Shown: in pieces, positions 10,790 through 25,449 of the stretch
Layout: each line of letters begins with the position of its first letter
How positions within the stretch are numbered: position 1 is the first letter of the stretch
Source of the DNA: Epiperipatus broadwayi
Taxonomy: Eukaryota > Animalia > Onychophora
Assembly (NCBI GenBank): GCA_028023455.1
Contig: JAQFVV010000001.1
Span: 1,984,001 to 2,048,000, forward strand
Direction of reading: 5' to 3'
Length of the DNA stretch: 64,000 bases
The notes under the pieces: generated by a model
What the model saw: the letters and a program-made list of their open reading frames with translations, nothing else
What the model was told of the DNA's origin: nothing
Databases searched by the model: none
Translations under genes and position numbers: made by a program

Positions 10790-12982
10790 ATCTAACTGTT
10801 TCCAAAACACCAACTGCTGTCAAGATAGGCGATGACATCTATATTGGGACCCCCATGTTGACGCAGATCCTAATTCACTATAAGAGCAAACTGGCAGACA
10901 CTAATTTACAACTTGAGCAAGAGTTAAAAGTCATGAGCCTAGCGAGATGATTCATGGCATTATTGAGGCTGATGTTTGATCTAAAATAGCCCAATGCCTG
11001 ACAGAACTCACCCAGGTCCATGGTATCCCTATTTTCATCTTCAAGCACCTTGAAGCCTTTATAATACCTATAATCCTCAATATAAATTTCCTAAGCTTCT
11101 GGCCCACAATTGATTGATGGGCTTTATCTGATTGCCATGGTACCATTTCTCAAGAGGGGGATGATCCTTTCACCTCTTGAGAATCTGCGGCCCATATTCA
11201 TGATGCCACTGATAATTAGGATCATTGAATCCACAATCAAGGATAAATTTCAGGATCAGATTCTGCCTGAAATATCAAGCTCCCAGTTTTCCAAAAAAGG
11301 ATCCTCTACATCAGAGGTCATTAGCCTCTTCAAATTAATTGTAGAATATACAAGGGAGCATAGGAGTTCTAAACCCATTGTTGTGCAGCTGGATATTGTC
11401 AGGGCATTTGACACTGTCAGAATCCCCTGCCTTGCTCAGCTGCTTGGTAAATTGGACATTCCTCCCAGGATAATCAATATCATATCTAATCTGATTAATA
11501 GACAAATTTCAATATCATTGAATGGTAAATTATCTGAATCATTCATCCCTACTAAATATATTCCTCAGGGCTCCTCTCTAAGTGCCCTCTTAATACCTTT
11601 TGTAAGTAAACTCCTTAAAATCCATTGAACAGAATCTTCCTAGACTTTTCATTCCCAGTATTAAAAAATACATCCATCCGTAAGTACATCCCTGGACTCA
11701 TAAAACTAATGACAATTTTTAATTGAATCAGGGTTATGTTTCAACTTAGTGAAATCAGTAACATGGAGGCTGTCCTCGGGGAACAACATCCCCTCCCCCT
11801 TTCTCAGCTAAATCACCCAAATTCTTCGTTTTTTTGTTTAACCTCTCCCTGCTCGCAATGAGGAGAGGTCCAAAATTCCATAATGACAGCTTCTAACAAG
11901 ATTATTGGTTCATTGCAGATAGTTTATACCTCCTTATATGCCAAGACGGTCTTCCTAAACAAGTTCGCCAGGATTGCCTATTTTATGCTGTTCGTGAAGG
12001 AAAAATTCATTTGCAGCATCAATTCCATTTGCTCTCGGTAGTGACTAGCCTCGGGAAGATGTAAGGAGCTCCCAAATTGAATGGCATATGGCTATATTCA
12101 CTGCAAGTCTCTTGGCTCCAGCGTGCTTTCAATATTTTTCCAGACTTAATAACCTTATCCCTAAAAACTTTTATCCATTAGATGTACATCCCATAGATAC
12201 TCCACCTCCTAGAATGAAGTGTTGGATCCCTGATTTGTTATCTGAAATCACAAAATCAATTTAATCCCAAAAATTCAGTACTGGGAGGCATATAACCTCA
12301 TTTATGAAACAATTGTGCCTATCAGTTCAACACTCAACCATCTTTAATTTCTTAAAAAAATTTAAATGGTGGTGTCTGGAGCCAAAGTATTTAGATTTTT
12401 TGATAAAAATCAATCTTAATGCACTTCCCACAGGTAGCTTTTTAACAAAGGAAGAGACTATTGATCACATTTTTGACAAATGTATTAAATTGGAAACCTG
12501 TAGAACCCCAATTTTTTCAATCTATAAAAAGAAAAACACATTGATTCAAGGCTTCAAATCAGGCAATTTTGCAGAAATAAGGAATATTACATTCTTATTG
12601 TTTAGTGTTTGGCTGATGCGATGTAAACTCCTATTTGATTCTAGTTGCATGGATCCCCTAATAATAATCGGGAAAATCAAGACAAAGAAAAAGACAATTT
12701 TATAGCTTCTCAAATAATGTTCAGGAGCATATAGGAATTGATAGACATTAAAAGGACCAGAATAAGTTAACTTAAAAACATTTCCCGCTGATGTAGAATC
12801 ATACCTATATTGTTTTGTATTGTTGACCCAGGGCTGAATTTTCCCAACAAATTCATATTTAATTTGACCTGTTAACATATATATCCTGATCTTTTTTGAA
12901 TCGTTAATGCAGAGCATTCTTGCTCATAGATAGGATACTTGTATTTCATGTCTTTGAATAATAAAACTTTATTGAAAAAAAA
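10790..12982 (+). mobile_element. Degenerate L1/Tx1-like non-LTR retrotransposon (RT, zinc-binding domain, 3' poly-A)
   Basis: ORF 11110-11628 has NLRPIFMM, QLDIVRAFDTV and IPQGSSLSALL. ORF 12304-12705 has WWCLEPKYLDFLIKINLNALPT...EETIDHIFDKC, homologous to the 8.5-9.6 kb copy. AATAAA at ~12960 is followed by A8. Confidence 0.9.
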
Positions 12983-15309
12983 GTTCATTTAGAATTTAAG
13001 TCGAGTTCATGAAATGTTAACAAAAGAACGTTTGTATAATTTACATCAGATCAGTTTTTATGTAGTCTGCAAAATTAATCAATAATAAAATATTTATTTT
13101 ATGTACATAGGAATTTTGTTTTGATTTTATTTTACAAGAGTGCTGTATTATTTAACACAGCATTACGCTGTTGCACATGCGCTTTGAAGATTTTAACTAT
13201 AAATGAATGAATACTAACACTTAACCACATGATAAAGTCTTTGGAAAAGATAGAATGGCCTATTATGGAAATTCCAAGATGAAAATTGGTATTACAAGAT
13301 CCAGCATATTCTTAGTTGGATTTTTTTGTAACATTCAATCATAATTGTTTTCCACATATTCTGAGTTATTTAGTGGTTCATAATAGTTTTCCATGTATTT
13401 AAAAAATAAATAATTGATAACTATAGACTTTATAAGTTTGGCACATTGTTGACTTAATTTGACTACTTCAAGGATCAGAAGCAAGAGTCAGTTCTGTACA
13501 ACTAGGAAGAAATTCCTAAGTATAAATTAACAATACATGGAAGCTTTTCCTAGTGCTAGGGAAAACTTTTTAATTGCACATTAACTGAAAGGCAAATCTT
13601 CTATTGACAATCAGCACGAGGATGCAGGAACCAGATGAAAAAACAAAAAAAAAAGACCAGTCGATTTCTACTGCCTTCTATTTATATTAAATTTTCTAAA
13701 GAATTTTTAATCTTGTGCTTAAAACAGGCTTATTGTAAAAATAATTCTATTTTTAAACAAACTAAAATTTTAAGACAAGGGAATAAAACACACAACAAAG
13801 CTTAATTACAAATCTAAAATAACATTATTTTCAAAGTAATTTCGATATCAGAACAATACATATAACTTTTTATCTCTGATTTAAATTAATATTATGGAGG
13901 AGTCAGTTTCCTACTTCGACCTTATTAATTAAATACTTTGTTTAATAAATAAATCTTTTATCTCAATAAAGAATTACTTATAAAATTTTATTTCCTGTCT
14001 AGCTTTTTATTTAACTTAAATAATTTTTGTTTAAACTTTAAATAGAGTATTTTTATTTAATGTACATGAAATTTCCTATGCTAATGTGTGTTCAACTATA
14101 CTAAATTTAGTGATATTTCTTAGGCTTTATTAGTTGACTAATATGCAATATAATGTTTTTTCTTTAAATTAATTCTATTGTCATCCACTTGACTAAACTT
14201 GAAATGGATATATTATAAACTAAGGGGTTTGAATTTTGTAAATATAAGTCCATCTCTATGTTTATTTGTTAAATGGAAAAAGGATGGAAGAAATCCCTGA
14301 AGAGGAAAGAACAGTTTTCCAAAACCTTTTGATAAATGGAAAGGGGATATAAATCACTGACTAAATCAACTGTACTTTTGCATCTGTAAACAAGGAAGTA
14401 GATTAATTAATATAAAGATTTGTTTTCATTATAACAGTACAAAAATTGTGTGTGCATGCAAAAATAAGCATGTATAATATTTTAAACATGTTATTAAAAT
14501 AAATGTATACAGTACATAAAGTATTTATATATAGAAAAGTATAGATGATAAAATTAACATTTATTTAACTTCCAGAAGAGTTTGGATGCTTTTACAAAAT
14601 AGGTTTACAATAAGGGGTTAACATTTATTACTTAAATACAAAAAAAAAAAAAAATCACAAATCTGGGGGGGGGGGGGGTAGTTTGAATTAAAAGTATTTT
14701 TGCTCTGTGAATTAACAAATTAAAATTTTACAAAATTTAAAATTCTTTTAATATTAATTTTTAATTTCATTTAATATTTTTTTTATATATGGTCAAATGA
14801 AACTGCAAATACAAAGAATGATTATATAAAAGATTACTAGAAAAGGAATTGATTATGAAAGAGGTAAAAGAAAAATAGAAGAATAAGAGGAATGAGCTAA
14901 CCTGATTCTAGTCCAGCAATAACTGCTAAAAAATGTATATTAGACAAGGATTTTTAGGTAATTTGTAAGATAACAGGAAAGGAGTGAGAATGGTTATTAA
15001 AAAATAGTAGCAAAAATATAATGGAGAATATTGTAACAGATTAAATCAAAATTGTATTTTGTCTTTATTATTCACGATAATATAAACAAAAGATTGGTCA
15101 TTTGTACATATGAATAATTTGAATAGAAATGATATAAAATGTAATTAAACTAAAGATTTTTAATATAGAGTTCAAAGGTTAGAATGATAGAGTTAAGATA
15201 TGTTAATTGCCTAAAATCGTCATACTATAGAAATCATATAGTAGACGGTAAAAAGCACCATAGGACTGATCTTTCATCATCTTCAACAGTAACTTAATTT
15301 ATGGTTATA

Positions 15310-15391
15310 GTTTTTCAATCATATTTTATAATTGAAACTTTTTTTTTTTCGTTTTTCAATCATATTTTATAATTGAAACTTTTTTTTTTTC
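15310..15391. repeat. 41-bp tandem duplication
   Basis: GTTTTTCAATCATATTTTATAATTGAAACTTTTTTTTTTTC occurs twice, at 15310 and 15351. Confidence 0.9.
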
Positions 15392-16085
15392 AACTTTTAA
15401 TTTGGATTTATTTTGAAAATATATATATATGCCAATCACTTTATTTATTTGTAATTTTGGGTTTTTCATTAATTTTTCACATAGTTATATAAATTATTAT
15501 TGATTAATACACTTGTGCATGCAATCATTATATCATTGTGTTTGCAAGTACTTTACATTCTAACTTCTGTTTATAAATAAATACGCAGACGAGAAAGAAT
15601 TACTTCTTTATGATCTTTATTTTATCTTATACTTTTCATTCATGAGCCTCATGTGCCATCATTCATTTCTCTATCACTATGACAGTGGGATTGTATATTT
15701 AGAAATCACATTTTTATATTTTAATTACTCTACAACAATTCTGACTCTAATCTATTTTTTATGTTCTATTTACTTTTTCTGAACTTAGAATGGCAATAAT
15801 CTTTTATGAGTGGCTTTTAATATCTGTTTAATTTTTTTTTAAAATTCAAATAAAAAGATTTATTATTAAGAAAATTTTGAAATGAAAGAGAAATTTCGCT
15901 AGGCATAAAGTTAGAGAAATTAATAATATCTGAAAAGTATATAAATTTGATTATATATATATGCAAATAATTTGGTGGCATTGTTTTCAGATATATGATT
16001 ATATATTTACAATACTATTTATTGTGTATACTGTATATCTATATTATAATTATGGCTAAAGAACATTGTATAGCTGGTTATATAT

Positions 16086-16541
16086 TGTAACGGCCATATT
16101 TGTACATTCACGCAACAAAATCCAGAATCCAGGCAAATTACACTAAAGCTGATCAGATGAGGTTTTGAGACCTCGAATCTGACCACAAACCACACTTCAA
16201 CTCATTTACCAGCACTCCAAGATTTAACAGTCTACAAATGACATTTACAAGGGTTATACTCTGTCTCAATTTCTTCAGTGAGCTGGCTGAGGAGAGGGAG
16301 AAACATGAGACTCAGGAGAAAAGTATTAATTTACTTATATAGTTAACAATTAATGAACTACTTAACGCTATGACTTACTAAGAAAATGCATAACGTAATA
16401 ATAATAAAGAGTTTGGATGATTTGAATTTGAAATGTAAGGAATGACAGAAAGCAAACATAATTTTAAATAAGATTAATAAATAAATGATAAATAATAATA
16501 AAACAAAAGAATATTAATTGTTGATTAAAATGGGCAGTTAC
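16086..16541 (+). mobile_element. LTR-like segment (possible solo LTR), related to 59300-59565
   Basis: Begins TGTAACGGCC, with a possible end GGGCAGTTAC at ~16532-16541. CAACAAAATCCAGAATCCAGGCAAATTAC and ATTTACCAGCACTCCAAGAT resemble the minus strand of 59300-59565. No TSD found. Confidence 0.4.
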
Positions 16542-19500
16542 GCATGCAGGTATTACTGTAATGATAAGTGATATACAGCAATCTCATCTTTATATGCAAT
16601 TTAATTAATCAAGTAGCTGCAGTTTATGAATCATGCCTTGTATATTGATATGCCAAATTTATTCTTTGGTTTGCCAGTGTTATGAATTAAAATGCTACCC
16701 AGGGTGGATTAATACATATATCATTAAAATGATTACTAAATATTATACCAGAGCAATTAAATAAGCTCTAAATACAGATTCTTCATGGGAAATTAGATTA
16801 TTGGTTCAGACTACTGCTGAACATTATTATTAAGGGAGAGAAGAGCTGGTTGCCCTTAGATTTTGCATCTGAAAATTATGGCACTTATAAAATATAAAAT
16901 AAATTAACATTGTGGTGTGAATGTGTAGTTGATCACAGGCTTCAGTATCAAATACTTGGTGCTCTAGGACTGAACATCTTGCCACTATTAATATTAAAGA
17001 ACATATCAGTTCGGGAAGTCGAATAGGCTTTGAATATTGTCCTGGACCCCTGTGCTCCAGTTCTAAAAGAGATAGCCATCCGAATTGAAGAATGGGCAGC
17101 TTGATATTGTAAACCATCTTAAAAGAAAGAAGTAGCAAGACATTAGTTGCATGCTATGTGCTTAATAAAGACACAATGCTTAATAATGCTAACATGTATA
17201 TATAAACATTAATTAATTAATAGCTTAAATGGATAGTTTCTGTTTGCAGAAACTAACTTGACCCAGCTCTTGGTTAGCATATAGCAATCATGCTATGTAA
17301 AGGGTTAACTAACTATTAATCCAATTAATATATGGAATCTGTATTCATATATATAATATTAAGTTTGGGAGAAAGTATATTTAACCACCTTAATATTATT
17401 TAAAAATATACTTTTAATATCACCCTGCCATCGTTTCATTTCTAACTAATACCTAACTTAATAGCTGGTAAATCATTAGGCAAACTTTACTAACATAATG
17501 CAAATATTAAGGTGAATAAATATTGATAATAACAAGCACTTAGTGATCAGTTATTATTTATAGAATATGATTTTGAAGCAGCGATTCATACATGCTAAAA
17601 AGCATTGTTAAATCTTACACTGGAGAGCTAATTCTCTCTTCCTAAAACTTTATTAAAATCAATTATTCGCTACCTCAAAATGTTGGCATATCATAACATA
17701 TACGTAAATAAAAGCAAAATAATATAATTAGAAAACAGTAAAAGCAGGAATGACCGCAGTTTACAGAAAGTTAAATTAATAACTGACTACAGTTATTACA
17801 AATTAAAAAAATTAGTTTTTTGATTGAATTTACAGGCAAGTTTACATTTAATTTTAGAATGGTTTAGGTTAGAGAAATTTATAATTTAACAGAATTTAAT
17901 ACTTTATGTGGTTACAATAATTAGCTTAATTTTTAATGACAGTTTAGAGATCATTTAAGAGCTCTGTGGTTTATGAAGATATTACCAATGTCTTCTTACA
18001 GCTTAGTCATCTGACACTTGGGAATAGGTGTTATAGCACTCTTCTTAGATAAATTGCTTGATGAATTTCTTCCTCAGCAGCAGGCTGTAGCTCGACTCTA
18101 TCCTGGTAATGGTGGTGATCACATGCCATGACAACATGTAAGATGGGTTTGAAGGTAACCATTTTCCATGGGAAGAAACAGCAAATATGTGGCCTTTCTA
18201 GCCACTCATGATAAAATTCAAACCGGTGTAGGTTCGTGCAGCAACACACTTATAAATTATAGAAGTATATTACAGTGCCAAATAAAGGGTATTTATACTA
18301 TTTTTATACTATATATATTTTCCCCGCAAGCTGAATTCATGGCAGAAAAATCCATTAGCTTGTTTACAAGTTTGATTTGAATTTACTAAATTGACTTTAT
18401 TATTGTTTCATTTTTTTAATCATCTAATTTTATTTTAGTTTATCCAACTCGATTTCCACTGGAATCAAAATAGTGCTGTTTGAACGAGTTTTGTTTTTGA
18501 CAAACTTATACTTTAAAATTTGTTATTGTCAAATTATAGATTTACAGATTTAGCTGATACACAATATTAAAACAGGTGTGTGTGGCATAATTTTTATTGA
18601 TAACATTAGATATTTTAAACTTAGAAATTTAACAAATTTAGAATCTTTTTTAATAAACATTCCATTATGTATGTATGCTACTCCTATGTGAGATTGTATA
18701 TATATATATGTGATTCTCTATAAACTAATGAAATAAAATTATAACATGTAAATCTATAAAGTTAAAAAGATCTAAAGTTTTAAATGTACATGCACTGCAA
18801 TATATCTAAGTCGATTATATATTACAACCTGTACTCGCATATATGTATATGTGTGTGTACATATATAATGGTGTTTATATATATATATATATATGTATAC
18901 TCAAGGTGTTGTAAAGTGAGCACAGAGATAGTTATGGTATAGAACAAGTGAAACAGATAGTCCGTAAGATTATATCATTTCAATATATGAAGGAGATATA
19001 GACATAGGAAATTGAGAGAAAACTGGTCAAAATAAAGGAGTGAATTACAAATTATACAGAGTGTATGTTTAATCCAATGTGAGTGAAAGAAATTTAATAT
19101 TAATAAATTCTGTGATTAGAGAGCTTGGGGGTCATGATAAAAAGCCTGCAAGTATGGAATCATTTAGGTATTTGTTCTAAGTAAGTGTGAATTCTTAAAA
19201 AAATGAAATTCAAGGTTTCAGCTGATATTAATTTGACTGCAATTGTTTTTGCTAATTAATAAATGAACAAATAAAAACAATAATATGTTTAGTAAAAATA
19301 TTTAAAATTTTATTATTTTTTCAATTTAAAAATGGTAAAATACAAAATAAAATTCATAAAATATTAACTTATTTATTAACAATAGTAAAATATTGTATAT
19401 AACACATTATAGTAGCTGTGACATAAGCATAATAATTAATTACATTTAAAATATCTACATGTATAATAATAATAATAATAAAATTTATACAGAAATATTA

Positions 19501-21290
19501 TTTGCTAAAATATATACAATATAAAAATATTTATTATATCTATACATAAATTTCAGTTTTTTATTAGACAACCTCTGCAAAGGAAAGCTGAACAACAAGA
19601 GCAAAGATGAATATTCTTTCATATTGATCAAACATATGTTAGATTTCAACTTAAAATATGACAGAATAAACTTCTATGCCCGTGCAGAAAATCAAGATAC
19701 TATATAAATTTTCAAAATAATTGGCCCTTTAAGGCAGATTGCTAAGACTAATCCTGAAGATCGCTCTCATTCAGATTTTTTTTTTTTGCTTATATGTTTA
19801 ATAAATACAATAATTGGATACTTTTTGCATAAGTAGCAAATAATTTTGATCCAATATAGATTTGATCGTTTAACAACTAATCTAATAAACTTAAATATGC
19901 ATACAAAGTTATTAATGCTGAGCAAAAAATATATAAGCCTATATAAATATCAGATGTCCCATAAGTTTGATCATATAGTAAAAATCAGAATTCTTTTCAA
20001 TTTCTGTTTATTTTTATTGTTAATAAAATAACAAAACGCTGGAGAACATTATTCAAGATAGCCAGAATATGTCATATTGTATATATCTGAGACAGACATA
20101 CATCACAGATGATCTTGTAAGAAAAAAATGTTTTATCAAAATATTACATCTAATGTATAAGAATATATACAATATAATTTTAAACATTATAATGTTCTGT
20201 ATACCAACAATTTTCAAAATAGTTTTTCCTATAAGATCAAAGTGTAGAACATATAAACTAAAAGATAAAACAGTCTTTAAGGCAAAGAGCTCTTCAAGAT
20301 ACATTAAAGAAGACAGCCAACAGACTTATTAATTATTGAATGTTTTTGTATTTTTGTTTGGCTCTTTATCTAAAGACTACTACTGATTAATACTAATTGG
20401 AAAACTTTATTATTGCCCAACTGATTGGAACATGAAATATTTTTCATGTTTTATTTATCCCAGATTTGATCCCCAAGCCAAGGGGATGGCAGATGTCTTA
20501 ACCTCTATGCAATGAGGTCCTTTATTGCATCTGCTATATATAATCTATTCTTTGATAAAACCCTTTTTAAAAAATTTAAAGTAAAGTTACTTTTATTGAT
20601 TTAAATGTTTGAGATATGTATATATTTTTAAAAATACAACTTTAATTTAATCTTTATAACCGAAAGACTTATTTTAATTTTTATTGTTTTAAAAATCTGA
20701 AATATGATAAAATGTACAGCTTTCATTTAGTCTTAATAATAATAAAAAGGCAAACAATATAATATAAAATTACAATTTAATTAAAATTAGAGCAAAGATA
20801 ATTGAAATTTTTTTTTTTAAAAAAAAATCTAATAGATCTTTAATTACGTCAAAATTTAAATAAATAAAATAAATTTATATTTAATTTTTAAAGTATTATA
20901 TAGCATTTCAAGAATTTATCATTTTTTGATATTATGTTTGGTAATAAATATATATTGTTTCTTAACAAAATATATACGTAAATAGATCAATATTTAAAAA
21001 ATACAAGAAAATAAAACAATTTATATCACACAGTGGAAAAAAAAGTAGATGACATCTGATATTAAAGTAGAACATTTTACTATAAACAGCAATTAAAATT
21101 ATACATTCATATATAACTTAGCTACAATAATTTAAAAAAAATAATTTCCAAAGTAATAACTAATGTATTAATATATTTGAATATCTAGTCATATTAATGA
21201 CATCTAATTTGCTTTTTTTTTTAAATAAAAAAAAATCTTGTAATATTGATTGTCATGATCAGCCATATTCAGATTTTAAAACAACAAAGA

Positions 21291-21835
21291 TTAAAACAGT
21301 AGCAAATCTCTCCACACAGTAGCCCTACCTAATACATGCCAAAGTCATCAATGAGTGGTAGAAAGTTTGTGTATCGAAATCCCTATCTGGTGCCAACTCA
21401 TCCAATATCCCCAGATTAGTTTCTAGCTTGTAGCCTTCATCAATGAGGAACATTAGATGTGAGAACACTGCTCCTAGGTCTTTGGATCTAATACAACCCT
21501 CCAGCAGCCAATGAACCCTAAATGAAAACGTTTTCAATCCTAAACCCAGTGTGGTATCTATACATTTTGGTATATTTGGTTTTTTAATAACCATAATCAT
21601 TAACATCCTTGTCAGAATTAGTATTAAATCCCTACAACACTACATGATAATTATTTCTTATATTTACACAATCTGTTATCTCCATACAGTAGTGCCACCT
21701 AGTGGAAGCTATAGTAATAAATAGATGCTAGAAGGTTTATGTATCAAAATCCCTATGTAGGGTCTATTCATCCAATATCCCCAGATTAATTTATAGCTTG
21801 TGGTCTAGCTTGAATCGGAGAGCATTAGATAGAGA
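21291..21835 (-). mobile_element. Degenerate tandem (~1.4 units, ~370-bp period) copy of the HHR retrozyme-like family
   Basis: TCATCCAATATCCCCAGATTA recurs at ~21398 and ~21768. The minus strand reads TCCTCA-TTGATGA-AGGCTACAAGCTA-GAAACTAATC-TGGGGATATTGGATGAG, a mutated version of the 45-46 kb HHR. Confidence 0.85.
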
Positions 21836-22419
21836 TTTTGATAAATAAACCTTCTAGCACCATTAATTAATATGGCTTTCACTAGGTGATGCAAAGAGTT
21901 GCTGCTGTTTTAATAGCCTGTATAAGCATAATAAATAGTGCTCATGTGTGTTTTTATAGTTTAACACACAGATGAATAATCAACATTTTCTAATTAAATT
22001 TAAAGGATTAATTTTTTAAAAATTCATGTGGATAATTTGGGTTAATTCAAATTTTATCTCAAATTTGATTAATTTAAATGCTATGATATAAAAATTTGTA
22101 AAATTCATTTTTTAAAACATATATATTCTTTATTCATTCATTTAAATACAGTCAAAATATATTTACACAAATGCAAGTCATTCTTCTCCTATTAAGCCCT
22201 AATTGGCTTTTATGTAGAATAAAATTTTCATAACAATTTATATATTTACATTTTTTTAAATTTTCAATATGTTAATAAAATAACAATAAACTACATTTCT
22301 ATAATACAGTACGTATATTAATTATATATAATAAAAATATTGATTATGTAATATTATATACTTATATTTTTCTATATATGAAATTAATTTTTTCCCTCTT
22401 CCCATCTTGAATACATTTT

Positions 22420-23000
22420 TTAATATTTTTTTATTTGCCTATAATGTTGCAAGCTTTTTAATTCAATAGGTAAATTATTGAATAATTTAGAGTAATAGTG
22501 ATTTCTTATTCTAGTTCAATATTTATTACAATATTTTGAAACTATATATGTATCTGTTTTTCTTAGGCACATTTCAAACTGTTTTATATAAGGTTTTTTG
22601 AAAGTACTATCAAAATTTTTTTGCTCTATAATTATATATTCAAGAAGTTGATTGAACAATAAAATATTCACTTTTTTCTTTTTGATATAATTTTTTTCTA
22701 TTAGATCAATTATTATATTTTTCAGTAATGCTAATCTATTAATATTAGAAAAGCTTGCAAAACTATAAAATTTATATCTAAATAAAATTCACATAAAAAT
22801 TTATATATAATAATAGTTAAAGGAAAAATATCTTTGATTTTATAGAGCATTGTTTTAAAATATCTAAATTTATTAATTAGTGTATTAATATGATGTTTCC
22901 AAGATATTTTTTCATCTATTATCATTCCAAGATATCCAATATATTTTACTTGTTCTAATTTTATTATCATCACACATTACATTATTATCATATATACACT
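22420..23000 (-). mobile_element. CR1/L2/Jockey-group RT C-terminal remnant
   Basis: ORF 22731-22973 reads LEQVKYIGYLGMIIDEKISWKHHINTL, matching the KYLGxxIDxxLSWxxHI motif. Confidence 0.7.
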
Positions 23001-23924
23001 CATGTGAATATAGTTGTATATCAATATTTTTATATTTCATGTATCAAAATATTTATTTATAGGTTCAAAAACTACACTATTAATAAATTCTATAAAAGAT
23101 TTCTAGCTTTCTATAGTTTATTAAGATTGATTTCATCACATTAATTTTGCTTAGATGAATCATATTTAAAATTGTGTTATCTTAATATAATTAATTAGAT
23201 TTAACACTTTTCAACTATCATTTATCAGATTAAATTTGATACTTCTTAGTTCTTTCATATTGGTAAGCCATATTTTATTGTCTTTGTTTTTGAATATGAG
23301 AAAAGTTGTAAGCCATCTTTAAAAGTTGACTGATGACATGGGTAAATTCAAGACTACCCATTTCAAAACAATTATTAAAACTTCATTGGATCATGAGGTT
23401 TGGTAATATCAAGACATAAAAATATAAAAGAAACGTGAAATGTTATTGCACAAATAAAGAAGACTAGATAGAGAAAAAAAGAGAATTAAATAAAAAAATA
23501 TGAGCAGAAAGATCAATTTTTATTTTTGAAAATCTCTACCCCCCCCCCCCATCATACTTAAAAAAAAATTACGCTAATATCATAACATCTAACTTATTAC
23601 TTTAGTTATAGATGAAAGAAAATGACTATGACTGGAAGGTAGTTTATTGGATATATTTTAAACATGTATGTCCTGATTTGTTAAATAAATTAACATACTT
23701 AATACTGAGTAATGTTAAGAATTATCTTTCAACTCTGAAAGCTGATTTTTCAAAAGACACAACATTAGAAAACTATTTATTTTAATAAATGTCCCAATTA
23801 GTGTACTTAAACTGTGAAGAACATCTGAAAGCAAAATATTTGAAATTTTGCAAGAGAAAAAATTTGAATGGGCTAAGGAGAATATATTATTTTACTAATT
23901 CTGAAATTAAAAATGGCAGATTGA

Positions 23925-24640
23925 CATAGAATAACATCCGTGAAAAAACAACTTGTCCCATTCAATTCTGTTTAATTTGAGACTACAAATATATGTTCCA
24001 CTATTTATGTATTTAGTTTCGATTATTTTATAGAAATCAAACAATTTTATGTTATTGTATAAGCAAGCTATTTTACATCAGTCCACATTCATTTTGTGAA
24101 TAAAATACAGGAAAAAATTCAATTATAAAATATGGAGGAAATGTTTTATTTTATAAAAATAAACCAAGAATTGCAAACGTATAAAGTCCCCCCCCCCCCC
24201 CCCCAATGATTAATGGGCAGTAACATCTGTGAAAAAACAATTTGTTCCATTAAATTCTATTTATTTTGATACTACAAATTTATTTATTTTTATGTATTTA
24301 TTTTCAGATTATTTTATAGAAATCAGACAATTTTTCTTATTGTAAAAATACATTATTTTATATTGGCGCATATTCATTTTGTAAAGAAAATATAGAAAAA
24401 TGTTCAATTTTTCAATTAGAAATAATAATGAGTGAAATTGTTAATTTTTTTGATTAGTTAGTATTTACGCATTACGTTATAAAAGTACAATATGTGTTTC
24501 ACTATTCATTATATTTATTTTCAGATTATTTTATAAAAATTAAAAAAATATTTTATTACTGTAAGAATATATTACTTTATATCAACCCACATTCTATTTG
24601 TGAAAATATAAAAAAATGTTTAATTTTTCAATTAGCATGT
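23925..24640. repeat. Diverged tandem repeat, two full units plus one partial (~290-bp period)
   Basis: TAACATC[C/T]GTGAAAAAACAA at ~23931 and ~24220. The block TTT(T)CAGATTATTTTATA[G/A]AAAT...CACATTC recurs three times. Confidence 0.75.
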
Positions 24641-24719
24641 GATGTGATGTATTATGGCTTCTCCTTAAACGAAGTCAAGAATATCTCAGCAATTATGCCC
24701 AGATAAACCTGTTAGCCAC

Positions 24720-25290
24720 TTTATTTTACATTCCCCACTCTAAATTTACCCATAATCTGCTCTATTCCATTTCCACAACATAATTTTTGTCAACTCTATA
24801 ACCTTTATATCTAAATCCCCCTTATCTTTTCCCAAACCCAGCATAAAAACCAATAATTCACTTTCTGTATAAGCACTCTTTTCATATTTATTTTTCCACA
24901 ACTTCATTATATGTACCCTTTCTGTTTTCAAACATTTACATTCAATTAACAAATGCCTACTATTTTCAATTCCTTCCTTACATAATTTACAAAATAAATC
25001 ACCTATATTTTTCCATTTACATGTATATTCTTTTGTAGCTAAAGATCCCGTTCGAGCCTTAAACAATAAACTACTTTCCTTACTATTATCATATATTAAC
25101 TCACACCTAATATTCTGTTTATTTCTATATATATTTAAACTCTTTTTACTCTCCATACTATTTCTCCATCTCTCTAACTCCCTAGTCTTTATTAATAAAT
25201 TTATTCTTTTATCCCATTCCTTACTACTATAACACTCAATAATCATCTTAACACAATCATCCCATCTTTTGTACAAATATACTGATATAA
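24720..25290 (-). mobile_element. 3' end of a non-LTR retrotransposon ORF2 with CCHC-like zinc-binding region
   Basis: ORF 24746-25363 contains WRNSMESKKSLNIYR, IYDNSKESSLLFKARTGSL and CKLCKEGIENSRHLLIEC, typical of the post-RT domain. Clade not assigned. Confidence 0.8.
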
Positions 25291-25449
25291 ATTCTTTATC
25301 CACCTGGTATGTAAAAACAGAAACCGAAATAATAAAAATGAACATAGAACACATACTATACAACTACCTGAAGAATTATATGATTATATAAATCAATTTA
25401 TGAATTGAAAATTTCTCCACATATATCACATATTGGCCTTTAATATTTT

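Noticed and set aside
14292-14349. HHR-like string ATCC-CTGAAGA-GGAAA-loop-TTTCC-AAAAC...AAAGG-GGAT
   Set aside because: Stems I-III can be drawn, but G12 is A and the UH cleavage dinucleotide is missing. It may be a relic or chance in purine-rich sequence.
21691-21706. CCACTAGGTGGCACT (minus strand), a good match to the CTCF motif
   Set aside because: It lies in a retrozyme copy, and homologous positions in other copies (31.17, 63.7 kb) do not keep the motif, so it is likely coincidental.
23330-23369. CTGATGA followed by a 7-bp hairpin (ATGGGTA/TACCCAT) and CAAAAC
   Set aside because: No GAAA in register and no convincing stem I or III. At best a decayed relic.
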